The notes under the pieces: model-generated
Seen by the model: only the letters and a program-made list of their open reading frames with translations
Told to the model about the DNA's origin: nothing
Databases searched by the model: none
NCBI GenBank assembly: GCA_050293315.1
Contig: JBNKMS010000016.1
Span: 12-64,011 of the forward strand
Direction: 5' to 3'
Source of the DNA: Sedimenticolaceae bacterium
GTDB taxonomy: Bacteria > Pseudomonadota > Gammaproteobacteria > Chromatiales > Chromatiaceae
DNA: 64,000 nt
Made by a program: the position numbers and the translations under genes
Part shown: in pieces, positions 9,678 to 18,095 of the stretch
Numbering within the stretch: the stretch's first letter is position 1
Layout of the letters: every line of letters starts with the position of its first letter

Positions 9678-10865
9678 ATGTCAGAGGCCATTGTTATCAC
9701 CCACGCCACCCGAACCCCGATCGGGACATTCTGTGGGGCCCTATCCACGGTGCCGGCCACCGAGCTTGGGGCAACGGTAATCCGCTCTCTGTTAGCGCAA
9801 TCTGGGCTAACTGGCGACCAGGTGGATGAGATCATTCTCGGACAGATCCTGACTGCCGGCTGTGGACAAAACCCTGCCCGCCAGGCAGCACTGGCCGCCG
9901 GCCTGCCGGTCGAATCCTCGGCCATGACTATCAACAAACTGTGCGGTAGCGGATTGAAGGCGGTACATCTCGCCTTCCAGGCGATCCTTTGCGGAGATGC
10001 TGAGGTGGTCATCGCCGGCGGTCAGGAGAACATGAGCCTGTCACCCTATCTACAACCACGATCCCGCAAGTGTCAGAGCATGGGCGACTGGTCGATAAAG
10101 GACAGCATGATCGTCGATGGGCTCTGGTGCGCAGCAAACAATGTACATATGGGGGTTACTGCGGAGAATATTGCTGAGCAGTTCGATATCTCCCGCATGC
10201 AGCAGGACACCTTCGCAACCACTTCTCAACAGCGCACTGCTGCCGCACAGGTGGCCGGGGTCTTCGCTGCTGAGATCACACCGGTCATGGTGCCACAACC
10301 CAAGGGGGAACCGGTGGAGGTCTCACACGACGAGTTTCCCCGCGCCGACACCACCGAGGAGAAGCTAGCCACACTCAAACCGGCGTTCAAACGCGATGGC
10401 ACGGTAACTGCCGGAAACTCCTCCGGCATCAACGACGGTGCTGCGGCGGTACTGGTGATGACAGAGTCCAAGGCTGCTGAACTGAGGCTAAAACCACTGG
10501 CGCGGATCGTCTCCTTCGCCAGTGCCGGTGTCGACCCGGCCATAATGGGCACAGGACCCATCCCCGCCACCCGCAAGTGTCTGCAGAGGGCTGGCTGGCA
10601 GGTGGAGGAGCTGGATCTGGTGGAGGCGAACGAGGCATTTGCCGTGCAGGCGCTAGCAGTGAACCAGTCACTGGGGTTTGACAGCAGCAAGGTAAATGTC
10701 AGCGGCGGCGCAATCGCACTCGGCCATCCCGTTGGCGCCTCGGGCGCGAGGATATTGGTCACCCTGCTTCACGGCATGCAGCGCCTGTCTGCCGATAAAG
10801 GGCTGGCCACCCTCTGCATCGGCGGTGGTCAGGGTGTTGCTATGGCGGTAGAGCGTGTCGCCTAA
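9678..10865 (+). CDS. acetyl-CoA C-acetyltransferase (thiolase II)
   Basis: 395 aa with INKLCGSGLKA, NEAFAVQ and GGAIALGHPVGASGAR...CIGGGQG. Confidence 0.9.
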   Translation: MSEAIVITHATRTPIGTFCGALSTVPATELGATVIRSLLAQSGLTGDQVDEIILGQILTAGCGQNPARQAALAAGLPVESSAMTINKLCGSGLKAVHLAFQAILCGDAEVVIAGGQENMSLSPYLQPRSRKCQSMGDWSIKDSMIVDGLWCAANNVHMGVTAENIAEQFDISRMQQDTFATTSQQRTAAAQVAGVFAAEITPVMVPQPKGEPVEVSHDEFPRADTTEEKLATLKPAFKRDGTVTAGNSSGINDGAAAVLVMTESKAAELRLKPLARIVSFASAGVDPAIMGTGPIPATRKCLQRAGWQVEELDLVEANEAFAVQALAVNQSLGFDSSKVNVSGGAIALGHPVGASGARILVTLLHGMQRLSADKGLATLCIGGGQGVAMAVERVA

Positions 10866-10888
10866 TATGAGTTTCAACTAACCATTGT

Positions 10889-11182
10889 TTATGCAGCTTG
10901 GTCCGGCGTTATGGTTACATTCACATGCAGCCCTACTGTGGCGAGCATTCTAACCAGTCGGTCGATTGTGAACTTTTGAAACCGTCCATTGAGAGCGTCG
11001 TTCAAAACCGGTTGCTTAATACCCATTGAGTCTGCTGCTTCTTGTTGAGTCATGCCTGATTCGTTGAACCACTCTCTGATTGAGGCGAGCAGAACTAGCC
11101 GCAACTTTTCATTATCTGCATTGGTTACACCTAAATCTGCAAAGATGTTTCCACCTGCCGGTGTTACGTGAGTTGTACTCAT
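10889..11182 (-). CDS. XRE-family HTH antitoxin (HigA-like)
   Basis: 97 aa. HTH segment MTQQEAADSMGIKQPVLNDALNG. It overlaps the upstream toxin gene by 4 nt and is AT-richer than the flanks. Confidence 0.75.
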   Translation of the reverse strand: MSTTHVTPAGGNIFADLGVTNADNEKLRLVLLASIREWFNESGMTQQEAADSMGIKQPVLNDALNGRFQKFTIDRLVRMLATVGLHVNVTITPDQAA

Positions 11183-11511
11183 ATGTTCCTCTCTCGCTCC
11201 AGCTCACGGAGCCTGGTTTTAGCAATATCTATATCCCGCTTCGGTGTTCTCTGCGTCTTTTTCTGGAATGCGTGTAGTACATAGACCGCCTCTTCATACT
11301 TGGCGATATAGATCACCCGGAATTCACCCTCTACGTGAATCCTGATCTCCCTTACGCCTGAACCTATAGAAGACATAGGTTTCCAGTCAGACGGCTCAAA
11401 ACCGAGCTGAATAAAGCCTAATTGATACCCAGCCTCCCTGCGGGCTTGTTCTGGAAAAGACAGCAAATCCTTGTAGCTGCTTCCCTTCCAATTTAAATCC
11501 TTTTCATCCAT
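11179..11511 (-). CDS. RelE/ParE-superfamily toxin, Gp49/HigB-like
   Basis: 110 aa. IRIHVEGEFRVIYIAKYEEAVYVLHAFQKKTQRTPKRDI is typical of the phage Gp49-like (DUF891) toxin family. The toxin-first gene order matches HigBA modules. Confidence 0.7.
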   Translation of the reverse strand: MDEKDLNWKGSSYKDLLSFPEQARREAGYQLGFIQLGFEPSDWKPMSSIGSGVREIRIHVEGEFRVIYIAKYEEAVYVLHAFQKKTQRTPKRDIDIAKTRLRELERERNI

Positions 11512-11517
11512 TGGACT

Positions 11518-11545
11518 ATTATAACAATTTTGTTATATTTTTCAA
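11518..11545 (-). promoter_or_regulatory. candidate higBA promoter (TTGAAA, 16 nt, TATAAT) overlapping an 18-bp palindrome
   Basis: The reverse strand reads TTGAAAAATATAACAAAATTGTTATAATAGTCCAATG. The -10 box ends 6 nt before the ATG. The palindrome TATAACAA-TT-TTGTTATA (11520..11537) sits between and over the -10. Confidence 0.45.
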
Positions 11546-11563
11546 ATATTGTAGAGAACTCCA

Positions 11564-11596
11564 CCCAAACAAAACCCGGACTCTGTAGTCCAGGTT
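11564..11596 (-). terminator. rho-independent terminator following the displaced tRNA-Lys 3' fragment
   Basis: The reverse strand reads AACCTGGACT-ACAG-AGTCCGGGTT followed by TTGTTTGGG, giving a 10-bp stem that includes one G.U pair. Confidence 0.55.
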
Positions 11597-11604
11597 TCTA
11601 TGGA

Positions 11605-11625
11605 ATTGGTGGGCCATGTAGGATT
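11605..11625 (-). repeat. 21-bp exact duplicate of the tRNA-Lys 3' end (att-like direct repeat)
   Basis: attggtgggccatgtaggatt is identical at 11605..11625 and 11833..11853. The second copy covers the acceptor 3' strand, CCA and 2 flanking nt of tRNA-Lys. Confidence 0.85.
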
Positions 11626-11834
11626 ACTCGGCTGCGCCTCGCCCTACGGGCCGTGTCCGCGACCGCCATGGATGGCGGGAGTGCAGGTTTTGCAGGAGCA
11701 AAAACCTGCCTACGCTCCCGCGTTCAGCCTCGCTCAGCTCGGCTGTCGAACCAAGCCTTTTTGATGTCGTAGGTTCGAATCGTCTCTGTAGAAACAAAAG
11801 CCCAAACTCTTGGGTCCGGGCTTCGTTTTTATAT

Positions 11835-11910
11835 TGGTGGGCCATGTAGGATTCGAACCTACGACCAATGGATTAAGAGTCCACTGCTCTACCAACTGAG
11901 CTAATGGCCC
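11835..11910 (-). tRNA. tRNA-Lys (anticodon CUU)
   Basis: Reverse complement GGGCCATTAGCTCAGTTGGTAGAGCAGTGGACTCTTAATCCATTGGTCGTAGGTTCGAATCCTACATGGCCCACCA folds as a cloverleaf with anticodon loop CTCTTAA. CCA is encoded. Confidence 0.9.
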
Positions 11911-11919
11911 ATTGGAAAG

Positions 11920-11996
11920 TGGGGTGGATGATGGGACTCGAACCCACGACGACTGGAATCACAATCCAGGGCTCTACCAACTGAGCTACACCCACC
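11920..11996 (-). tRNA. tRNA-His (anticodon GUG)
   Basis: Reverse complement GGTGGGTGTAGCTCAGTTGGTAGAGCCCTGGATTGTGATTCCAGTCGTCGTGGGTTCGAGTCCCATCATCCACCCCA. It has the extra G-1 typical of tRNA-His and anticodon loop TTGTGAT. Confidence 0.9.
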
Positions 11997-12024
11997 ACTA
12001 AACTTGTCATCACTGCCATCAACT

Positions 12025-12101
12025 TGGCACGCCCGGCAGGATTCGAACCTGCTACCCTCGGCTTAGAAGGCCGATGCTCTATCCAAATGAGCTACGGGCG
12101 C
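12025..12101 (-). tRNA. tRNA-Arg (anticodon UCU)
   Basis: Reverse complement GCGCCCGTAGCTCATTTGGATAGAGCATCGGCCTTCTAAGCCGAGGGTAGCAGGTTCGAATCCTGCCGGGCGTGCCA, with anticodon loop CTTCTAA. The top acceptor pair is G1.U72. Confidence 0.85.
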
Positions 12102-12117
12102 ATGGTCGATCTAAAAC

Positions 12118-12194
12118 TGGTCGGGGTAGAGAGATTCGAACTCCCGACATCCTGCTCCCAAAGCAGGCGCGCTACCAGACTGCGCTATACCCCG
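12118..12194 (-). tRNA. tRNA-Pro (anticodon UGG)
   Basis: Reverse complement CGGGGTATAGCGCAGTCTGGTAGCGCGCCTGCTTTGGGAGCAGGATGTCGGGAGTTCGAATCTCTCTACCCCGACCA, with anticodon loop TTTGGGA. Confidence 0.9.
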
Positions 12195-12230
12195 AAATAT
12201 CTGCCCCCGCCTTCCTAGCGAAGAAGCGGA

Positions 12231-12259
12231 ATCATACGCAGAGGGGGCTGCAAGGTCAA
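12231..12259 (-). promoter_or_regulatory. candidate sigma70 promoter of the tRNA operon
   Basis: The reverse strand reads TTGACC, 17 nt, TATGAT, about 35 nt upstream of the tRNA-Pro 5' end. Confidence 0.5.
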
Positions 12260-12554
12260 TGGTAAACCCATATAATCAGATGTCTATCCCTCTCTGAACT
12301 ATATTTAATTATATGCTAGAGACCGTCTCCATTCTCGTGGTAATGCTGTTGGTTGTCCTGATCACCTGGAAGATGGGCGATCGCGACTGAATCCGCTATA
12401 CATTCAATTAATGCCCTATAAAATCAACAACATGCACGATACTAGATGGGATGCGTATCGGATTTCCCCCGTTTGGGAAGTTCAGCCCTAAAGTAATCCC
12501 CTGCTAGGCCGCTACCGGATACAGGATGTAACGGAAAATGACCTGGAATTCATC

Positions 12555-14402
12555 ATGATAGGACTACTGCAGACCCGCTTCTACTGGGTGGCACCTACCA
12601 TATTTTGGCTTACTCTGACCGGACTGTCACTGCTCTGGAATGTTGCGCATATAGAACAGACCATCCGCGATATTGCCATGGAACGTGGGCAACTCATGTA
12701 TGAGATGGTGCGCCAGACCAAGATCGACCCCGTCATCATGACCAATAGTCCAGATCTCTTCAACAAACAGACCATTGATAATATTGGCTACCGGGTGGTT
12801 GCTCTGAAACCGATGAATCCGGATAACTCCGCCAATGAGTGGGAGCGAGAAGCGCTACAAAGTTTTCGCTCAAAAGGCGACTACAAATTTGACTCAACTA
12901 TCATCAATGGTGAGCAGAAGTTTCGCTATATCGGTCCAATATTTGTGCAGAAGCCCTGCCTCCAGTGCCATGGTGGTGAGGGGATCAAGGTTGGAGACCT
13001 GCGTGGTGGTATCAGCGTAATCGTAAAAGGCAAACCGCTATACGATGCGCATAGTGCGGACACCCGTAAAATGGTAATGCTGCATATTGGTAGTTTATTT
13101 TTATTATCCACGCTCACCATATTTTTTATGAGCCAGCTGCGTAAGAACTGGCTACTGCTAACTGAGACCAGAGATCAGCTAAGACAGAAAGAGAATTTTC
13201 TCAGAGAGGTCACAAACTCAATGGGAGAGGGTTTTCTGGTAGTCGGGATGGATGGAATAGTTACCTATGCCAATCCTGAGTCGGAGTGGCTACTCGGTTG
13301 GCAGGAGAATCAGATGGAGGGCCACGAGCTGTTGACCCTTATATATGATGAAAAGATGGGGAAAGCATTTAAGGCCGGGGAAGACGCGATTGCCAAAACC
13401 ATGACAGACGGCATCTCACGTAGAGAGGATGATGTCCTGTTTAAACACAAGAACGGCCACAAAATACCGATCACCTACTCTGTCTCCGCCATGCATGATG
13501 ATGGGAGAGTCGCAGGCGCGGTCATCACCTTTAATGATATTAGTGAGCGCAAACGCAATGAGGACGAACGCAGACGACTGGAGCGCGAGTTGGGTCAAAC
13601 CCATAAGATGGAGGCTATAGGACAGTTGGCTGGCGGCATAGCTCATGAGATTAACACCCCAATTCAATACGTAGGAGATAACCTAAACTTCCTCAAAGAT
13701 GCTTTTGAGGATATGGATAAAGTATTAGCCGCCTATAAGCAGCTGTTGGACAAGGTCGAAAGTAATGAGGAACTGCAACCCCAGGTGGATGCGGTAAAAC
13801 AGGCCATAGAAGAGGCCGACCTGGAGTATCTACATGAGGAGACACCGTTAACTATTGAACAATCTATCTCCGGCGCCAAACAGGTAGCACGCATCGTTCT
13901 GGCAATGAAAGATTTTGCCCACCCAGGTACCACCCAGGCCACCCCGACAGATCTTAACAAGCTTATCACTACCACATCGGTTGTCTGTAAAAACGAGTGG
14001 AAGATGTTTGCCGATTTGGAAATGCAGCTGGATGAGAACTTGCCGGAGGTGATGTGCATGGGAAGCGAGATATCTCAGGTCCTCCTGGTGTTGATAGTGA
14101 ATGCTGCCCACGCTATAGAGGCGGCCAAACGTGAGGAGAAGGGGTCCATCACCATCACCAGCAAGGTGGTCGGCAATAGTGCTGAGATACGGGTTAAAGA
14201 CAGCGGTACCGGCATACCAGAGAAGATAAGGGAGTCAGTGTTTAATCCGTTTTTTACCACTAAGGATGTCGGCAAGGGGACTGGTCAGGGCCTTGCTATC
14301 GCTCAAGATATTATAAAAGGGAAGCATAGTGGTGAGCTATTTTTCGAGACCGAAGAGGGTGTCGGCACCACCTTTGTTATACGGCTACCATTGAAAAAAT
14401 AG
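12555..14402 (+). CDS. sensor histidine kinase with periplasmic CxxCH (DUF3365/Tll0287-like) domain, PAS, H-box and HATPase
   Basis: 615 aa. Two hydrophobic segments flank a roughly 150-aa region containing PCLQCHGGEGIKVGDLRGGISV. A PAS segment follows (FLREVTNSMGEGFLVVGMDG...), then H-box GGIAHEINTPIQY and ATPase G-boxes (DSGTGIP, GKGTGQGLAI). Confidence 0.8.
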   Translation: MIGLLQTRFYWVAPTIFWLTLTGLSLLWNVAHIEQTIRDIAMERGQLMYEMVRQTKIDPVIMTNSPDLFNKQTIDNIGYRVVALKPMNPDNSANEWEREALQSFRSKGDYKFDSTIINGEQKFRYIGPIFVQKPCLQCHGGEGIKVGDLRGGISVIVKGKPLYDAHSADTRKMVMLHIGSLFLLSTLTIFFMSQLRKNWLLLTETRDQLRQKENFLREVTNSMGEGFLVVGMDGIVTYANPESEWLLGWQENQMEGHELLTLIYDEKMGKAFKAGEDAIAKTMTDGISRREDDVLFKHKNGHKIPITYSVSAMHDDGRVAGAVITFNDISERKRNEDERRRLERELGQTHKMEAIGQLAGGIAHEINTPIQYVGDNLNFLKDAFEDMDKVLAAYKQLLDKVESNEELQPQVDAVKQAIEEADLEYLHEETPLTIEQSISGAKQVARIVLAMKDFAHPGTTQATPTDLNKLITTTSVVCKNEWKMFADLEMQLDENLPEVMCMGSEISQVLLVLIVNAAHAIEAAKREEKGSITITSKVVGNSAEIRVKDSGTGIPEKIRESVFNPFFTTKDVGKGTGQGLAIAQDIIKGKHSGELFFETEEGVGTTFVIRLPLKK

Positions 14403-14469
14403 CTCGCATTCATTACGAATGGATTCACAACAGATCTGTATATTAGGTATTTAGCAACAGCTGGTGATA

Positions 14470-15627
14470 CTACATCTGGGTGATCTTAAATACCCTGAAC
14501 TCCTCCCCTTCGATGGCCCCACTCTCATCTGCCGCCACCAGTCGCAGCAACAGCGCCGGACTAAGCACCTGCCCCTTGGCTACCAGTAGAGTCCCTCCCT
14601 CGGCGGCGATGATTGGCTGGTCGAGAACAAAACCAGCCTCCAACTTACTGATCGGCAGTGTAAGCACCTCAACCTTACGATTCTTCGCCCCTAAAGAGAG
14701 GGCCTCAACCAGGATAGGGTCGTATTTAGTCGGTTCATTCTTGAGTACAGCAATGGCCTCGTCATCACTCTTGCCACTGCTGAGTAGATGATCGTAGGCG
14801 GTAGCAACACGCAACACCTGACCACCTAGAATTGCCTTCTCCTTGTTTGACAACTCCCCCTGAAACTCAAACTTCGCAACATCACTATGCTGCCTCTCAA
14901 CCATTGCAGCAACGATCTCAAGGCGCGGTATATGCTTTAGCAGTCGGGCGCCCATAGTCGGGTGCTCTCGGTAGGCGGCCTCCTCAACCTTGGTCAACTC
15001 AGCACCCTCGGACAGTTTCTTTAATAGCGTATCATTCAAACTTATATAGCCAAGTTGACACAGCATAGCAGCCAGGTCGTAGTGCCAGCTATCCTTCAGC
15101 GATAGACTCTTTACTATGGTATGGACATGCTGCTTTATCCTGGACGACTGGCTGAATGCAACGGGATTGACCACACTAAGGACATCCGCCAACAGATCCA
15201 CGGCCCCCCTGAGTGTTTTATTCAGCAACACCTTCTCAGCGGCTACCAGACGATACTGCCGCATGGCGTCGTAAATAATCGAATATAGCTGTTCGGTCTC
15301 TACGGGTTTATTCAGAAAGCGAAAGATGGCGCCATCATTTACCGCATCGATCGCGGTCTCCATATTAGCGTTACCGGTCAACATGATACGCACAGTATCG
15401 GGGGAGAGCTTGCGCACCTCGGAGAGAAACTCTACCCCGTTCATACCAGGCATCTGCATATCAGAAACAACCACAGCAAACGGGCCATCGTACTGAATCG
15501 CCTGCACTCCATCGGCCCCGCTGGTAGCGGTCTCCAGGTTGATCCGTTTACGTAGTTGACGCTGGAATGAGTTGAGCAGGTTACGGTCATCATCTACCAT
15601 CAAAACCCGTTCAGATGGTTTATCCAT
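14470..15627 (-). CDS. response regulator: receiver domain plus degenerate HD-GYP-like output domain
   Basis: 385 aa. REC motifs are present (VLMVDDD, VVVSDMQMPGMNG, LNKP). The C-terminal region resembles HD-GYP (REHPTMGARLL), but the HD dyad position reads CQLGYI and the HHExxDGxGYP position reads VERQHSD. Confidence 0.7.
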   Translation of the reverse strand: MDKPSERVLMVDDDRNLLNSFQRQLRKRINLETATSGADGVQAIQYDGPFAVVVSDMQMPGMNGVEFLSEVRKLSPDTVRIMLTGNANMETAIDAVNDGAIFRFLNKPVETEQLYSIIYDAMRQYRLVAAEKVLLNKTLRGAVDLLADVLSVVNPVAFSQSSRIKQHVHTIVKSLSLKDSWHYDLAAMLCQLGYISLNDTLLKKLSEGAELTKVEEAAYREHPTMGARLLKHIPRLEIVAAMVERQHSDVAKFEFQGELSNKEKAILGGQVLRVATAYDHLLSSGKSDDEAIAVLKNEPTKYDPILVEALSLGAKNRKVEVLTLPISKLEAGFVLDQPIIAAEGGTLLVAKGQVLSPALLLRLVAADESGAIEGEEFRVFKITQM

Positions 15628-15677
15628 TAATCCGCTCCCCTCTCTGCATATACCTACTCATCAACTTACAAACCCGC

Positions 15678-16892
15678 TCACTCAGGCGGTGTTTCCCCCA
15701 CCACCTCTTTCGCTATTTCCATAAATTCATCCATCCTGCCACTCAACCCTGCCTTAGCCACAGCCCCCTCATCCAGCTCCTGACAGGCACCGATACACAT
15801 ATCAGGCTTCAGCTTATAGTGCAGCACATTGGCCAGATGCACCGCCAGGGCAGGAGTAAATTCATCCTGTGGATACTCCTGCAGGCGGTGTTGAAAACAG
15901 ACCGCCTCTACCACCCCCCCTGGCAATCCCCAGAGGCCTAGTAGATAGGCCCCGACCACTCCATGATCGGCATGCAACATCTCTCTCTCCACATCTTGCA
16001 GGACAGTCTCCGGCCCGACTGCATACAGCACCTGCTCATACTCCTCTGGCAGACTGGCAAGCAGCAACAATTGCCCCACGGCATGCAAAATACCGGCTAT
16101 CAGACAGTCATCGGCAACCATTTTATCGGCGCCTGTCGCTTCAGCGATCTTTTGCGCAATGGCGCCAACCGCCATACTGTGGGAAAACAGCTCATCCAGT
16201 TGTAACAACCTGCTCTCAGTCTTCAGTTCAGAAAATACCTGCACCCCCAGCACCAGTGATTTGACCGTATCCAGTCCCAGCAGGCTGACCGCGTGACTTG
16301 GGCTATTGATGTGCTGATACAGACCAAAGAACGCTGAATTCACCAAATGCAGGATCTTGGCGCTCATACCAAGGTCCTCTTCTATGATGGCCCCTACATC
16401 GCTCAGCGATGAGTCGGGGTCCCTAATCACCCTCTGCAGTCTGGCATAGTTCTCTGGCAGGCTCGGCAGAGAGTCTATCGACGCGATGATTGATTTCAGC
16501 CGCTCGTCACTGAATAGATCATGCAGAACAGATACCGTTTGCAGTACCAACTTCAGGCCTTCCGAATCGCACGGTTTGGCCATAAATTGATGTGCCACGC
16601 CAACCGTACGCAGTACCGCCTCATCATCGGCGTAACCGGTTAGCATCAGGCGTATGGTATTGGGGTAATTCTGCTTGATTTTGGTAAGCAGCTCGGCCCC
16701 ATCCATACCTGGCATACGCATATCGGACACAACGATGTCACATGGCTGCTCTGACATCAGATCAAGGGCCTCCTGCCCACCCAGGACAAACTCCATATCG
16801 AACTCCGCACGCATAGGACGTAGCATGCGCTTCATGCCGGACAGAACATCCGGCTCATCATCTACAAACAGCACCCTAGTTTTGTCGCCCAT
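15678..16892 (-). CDS. response regulator: receiver domain plus HDOD domain
   Basis: REC motifs (VLFVDDE, IVVSDMRMPGMDG, MAKP) followed by an HDOD-like segment LPSLPENYARLQRVIRDPDSSLSDVGAIIEEDLGMSAKILHLVNSAFFG. The start is set at Met10 (ATG 16892) because AAAGGGGGG lies 5 nt upstream. The ORF track extends to 16919. Confidence 0.75.
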   Translation of the reverse strand: MGDKTRVLFVDDEPDVLSGMKRMLRPMRAEFDMEFVLGGQEALDLMSEQPCDIVVSDMRMPGMDGAELLTKIKQNYPNTIRLMLTGYADDEAVLRTVGVAHQFMAKPCDSEGLKLVLQTVSVLHDLFSDERLKSIIASIDSLPSLPENYARLQRVIRDPDSSLSDVGAIIEEDLGMSAKILHLVNSAFFGLYQHINSPSHAVSLLGLDTVKSLVLGVQVFSELKTESRLLQLDELFSHSMAVGAIAQKIAEATGADKMVADDCLIAGILHAVGQLLLLASLPEEYEQVLYAVGPETVLQDVEREMLHADHGVVGAYLLGLWGLPGGVVEAVCFQHRLQEYPQDEFTPALAVHLANVLHYKLKPDMCIGACQELDEGAVAKAGLSGRMDEFMEIAKEVVGETPPE

Positions 16893-17217
16893 CCGTGCCC
16901 CCCTTTCGCACCGCGCCACTCTGCTAAAGCAGTACGGCTACCACCTCCATCCAGACTCCATTTATATCAGCATTATAGTCACGATTGTCGGCCACACGGG
17001 CCAGAACTTTAATTTCCAGCATATTAGGCATCCCGACCGGATATGGGGTATCACTCAAGGTATATCACCACGTATTATGCGGTGAACATCGGTGGCTTTT
17101 GGGGTATGATCTGCAACCTGTTTTTTCAACCATAACCAGGGAGCCAGTAGGGGTTTTACCTTCATACAGCTTGAAGACATTGACTTCGACAGGCCCCTAT
17201 ACGGAAATAACCACGAA

Positions 17218-18081
17218 ATGAGTGCACAAATACTGGACGGCAAGTCGATTGCCGCCGACATTCGCAAACAGCTTGCAACCCAAGTAGCCGAGATGACCGC
17301 GGCCGGAAAACGTCCCCCAGGGCTGGCTGTGGTGCTGGTGGGCGAGGACCCTGCCTCTCAAGTCTATGTCCGCAACAAGCAACGCTCCTGTGAGGAGGTC
17401 GGTTTCTTCTCCGAGCTGCACAGGCTAGACGCGGACATCAGCCAGGCCGCACTACTCAAGCTGATCGACGACCTGAACAGCAAGGATGATATCGACGGGA
17501 TCCTGGTACAACTCCCCCTGCCGGAACAGATAGATGAAGAGGCTGTAATCGAGCGTATTCTGCCGACCAAAGATGTAGATGGGTTCCACCCCTATAATGT
17601 TGGTCGCCTCTCCCTGAAGATGCCGATCCTGCGGCCCTGTACCCCCAAGGGGGTGATGACCATGCTACAGCGTACCGGACAGCAGCTGGAGGGCCTGGAT
17701 GCGGTGGTTATCGGCCAATCGAACATCGTTGGACGCCCTATGGCCCTGGAACTACTGGCAGAACGCTGCACCATAACCGTCTGCCATAGTCGCACCAAGG
17801 ATCTGGCAGAGAAGGCGCGTAGCGCTGATATCCTGGTGGTTGCCATTGGTCGAGCGGAGTTCGTACCAGGCGACTGGATCAAAGAGGGGGCCATTGTGAT
17901 AGATGTGGGGATGAACCGCAAAGAGGATGGCACTCTGTGCGGAGATGTGGATTTTGACAGCGCGAAGGAGCGTGCCAGCTGGATTACCCCTGTTCCCGGT
18001 GGGGTCGGCCCGATGACTATCGCCACCCTGATGGAGAACACCCTGCAGGCCCGCATGCTACACCGCCGCAGTTCCACCTAA
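17218..18081 (+). CDS. folD: bifunctional methylenetetrahydrofolate dehydrogenase/cyclohydrolase
   Basis: 287 aa. ILDGK...[16 protein letters not shown]...[10 protein letters not shown]...[11 protein letters not shown] are classical FolD motifs. Confidence 0.92.
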   Translation: MSAQILDGKSIAADIRKQLATQVAEMTAAGKRPPGLAVVLVGEDPASQVYVRNKQRSCEEVGFFSELHRLDADISQAALLKLIDDLNSKDDIDGILVQLPLPEQIDEEAVIERILPTKDVDGFHPYNVGRLSLKMPILRPCTPKGVMTMLQRTGQQLEGLDAVVIGQSNIVGRPMALELLAERCTITVCHSRTKDLAEKARSADILVVAIGRAEFVPGDWIKEGAIVIDVGMNRKEDGTLCGDVDFDSAKERASWITPVPGGVGPMTIATLMENTLQARMLHRRSST

Positions 18082-18095
18082 ACGGGAAGACTACG

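Noticed and set aside
11624-11845. A 73-aa minus-strand ORF in the tRNA-Lys scar region.
   Set aside because: It starts inside the tRNA-Lys gene, crosses the terminator hairpin, and has no RBS. The region is better explained as non-coding remnant sequence.
12024-12265. Two + strand ORFs (64 and 63 aa).
   Set aside because: They run across the tRNA-Arg and tRNA-Pro genes and the tRNA promoter, so they are translation artefacts.
12312-12389. A 25-codon hydrophobic mini-ORF (MLETVSILVVMLLVVLITWKMGDRD) upstream of the sensor kinase.
   Set aside because: It has no recognisable Shine-Dalgarno sequence or promoter and no family was recognised. It cannot be supported from sequence alone and would need ribosome profiling.
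14470-15627. Annotating the REC-HD-GYP-like protein as an active c-di-GMP phosphodiesterase.
   Set aside because: The HD metal-binding dyad and the GYP motif are both replaced, so only a degenerate, non-catalytic role can be proposed.
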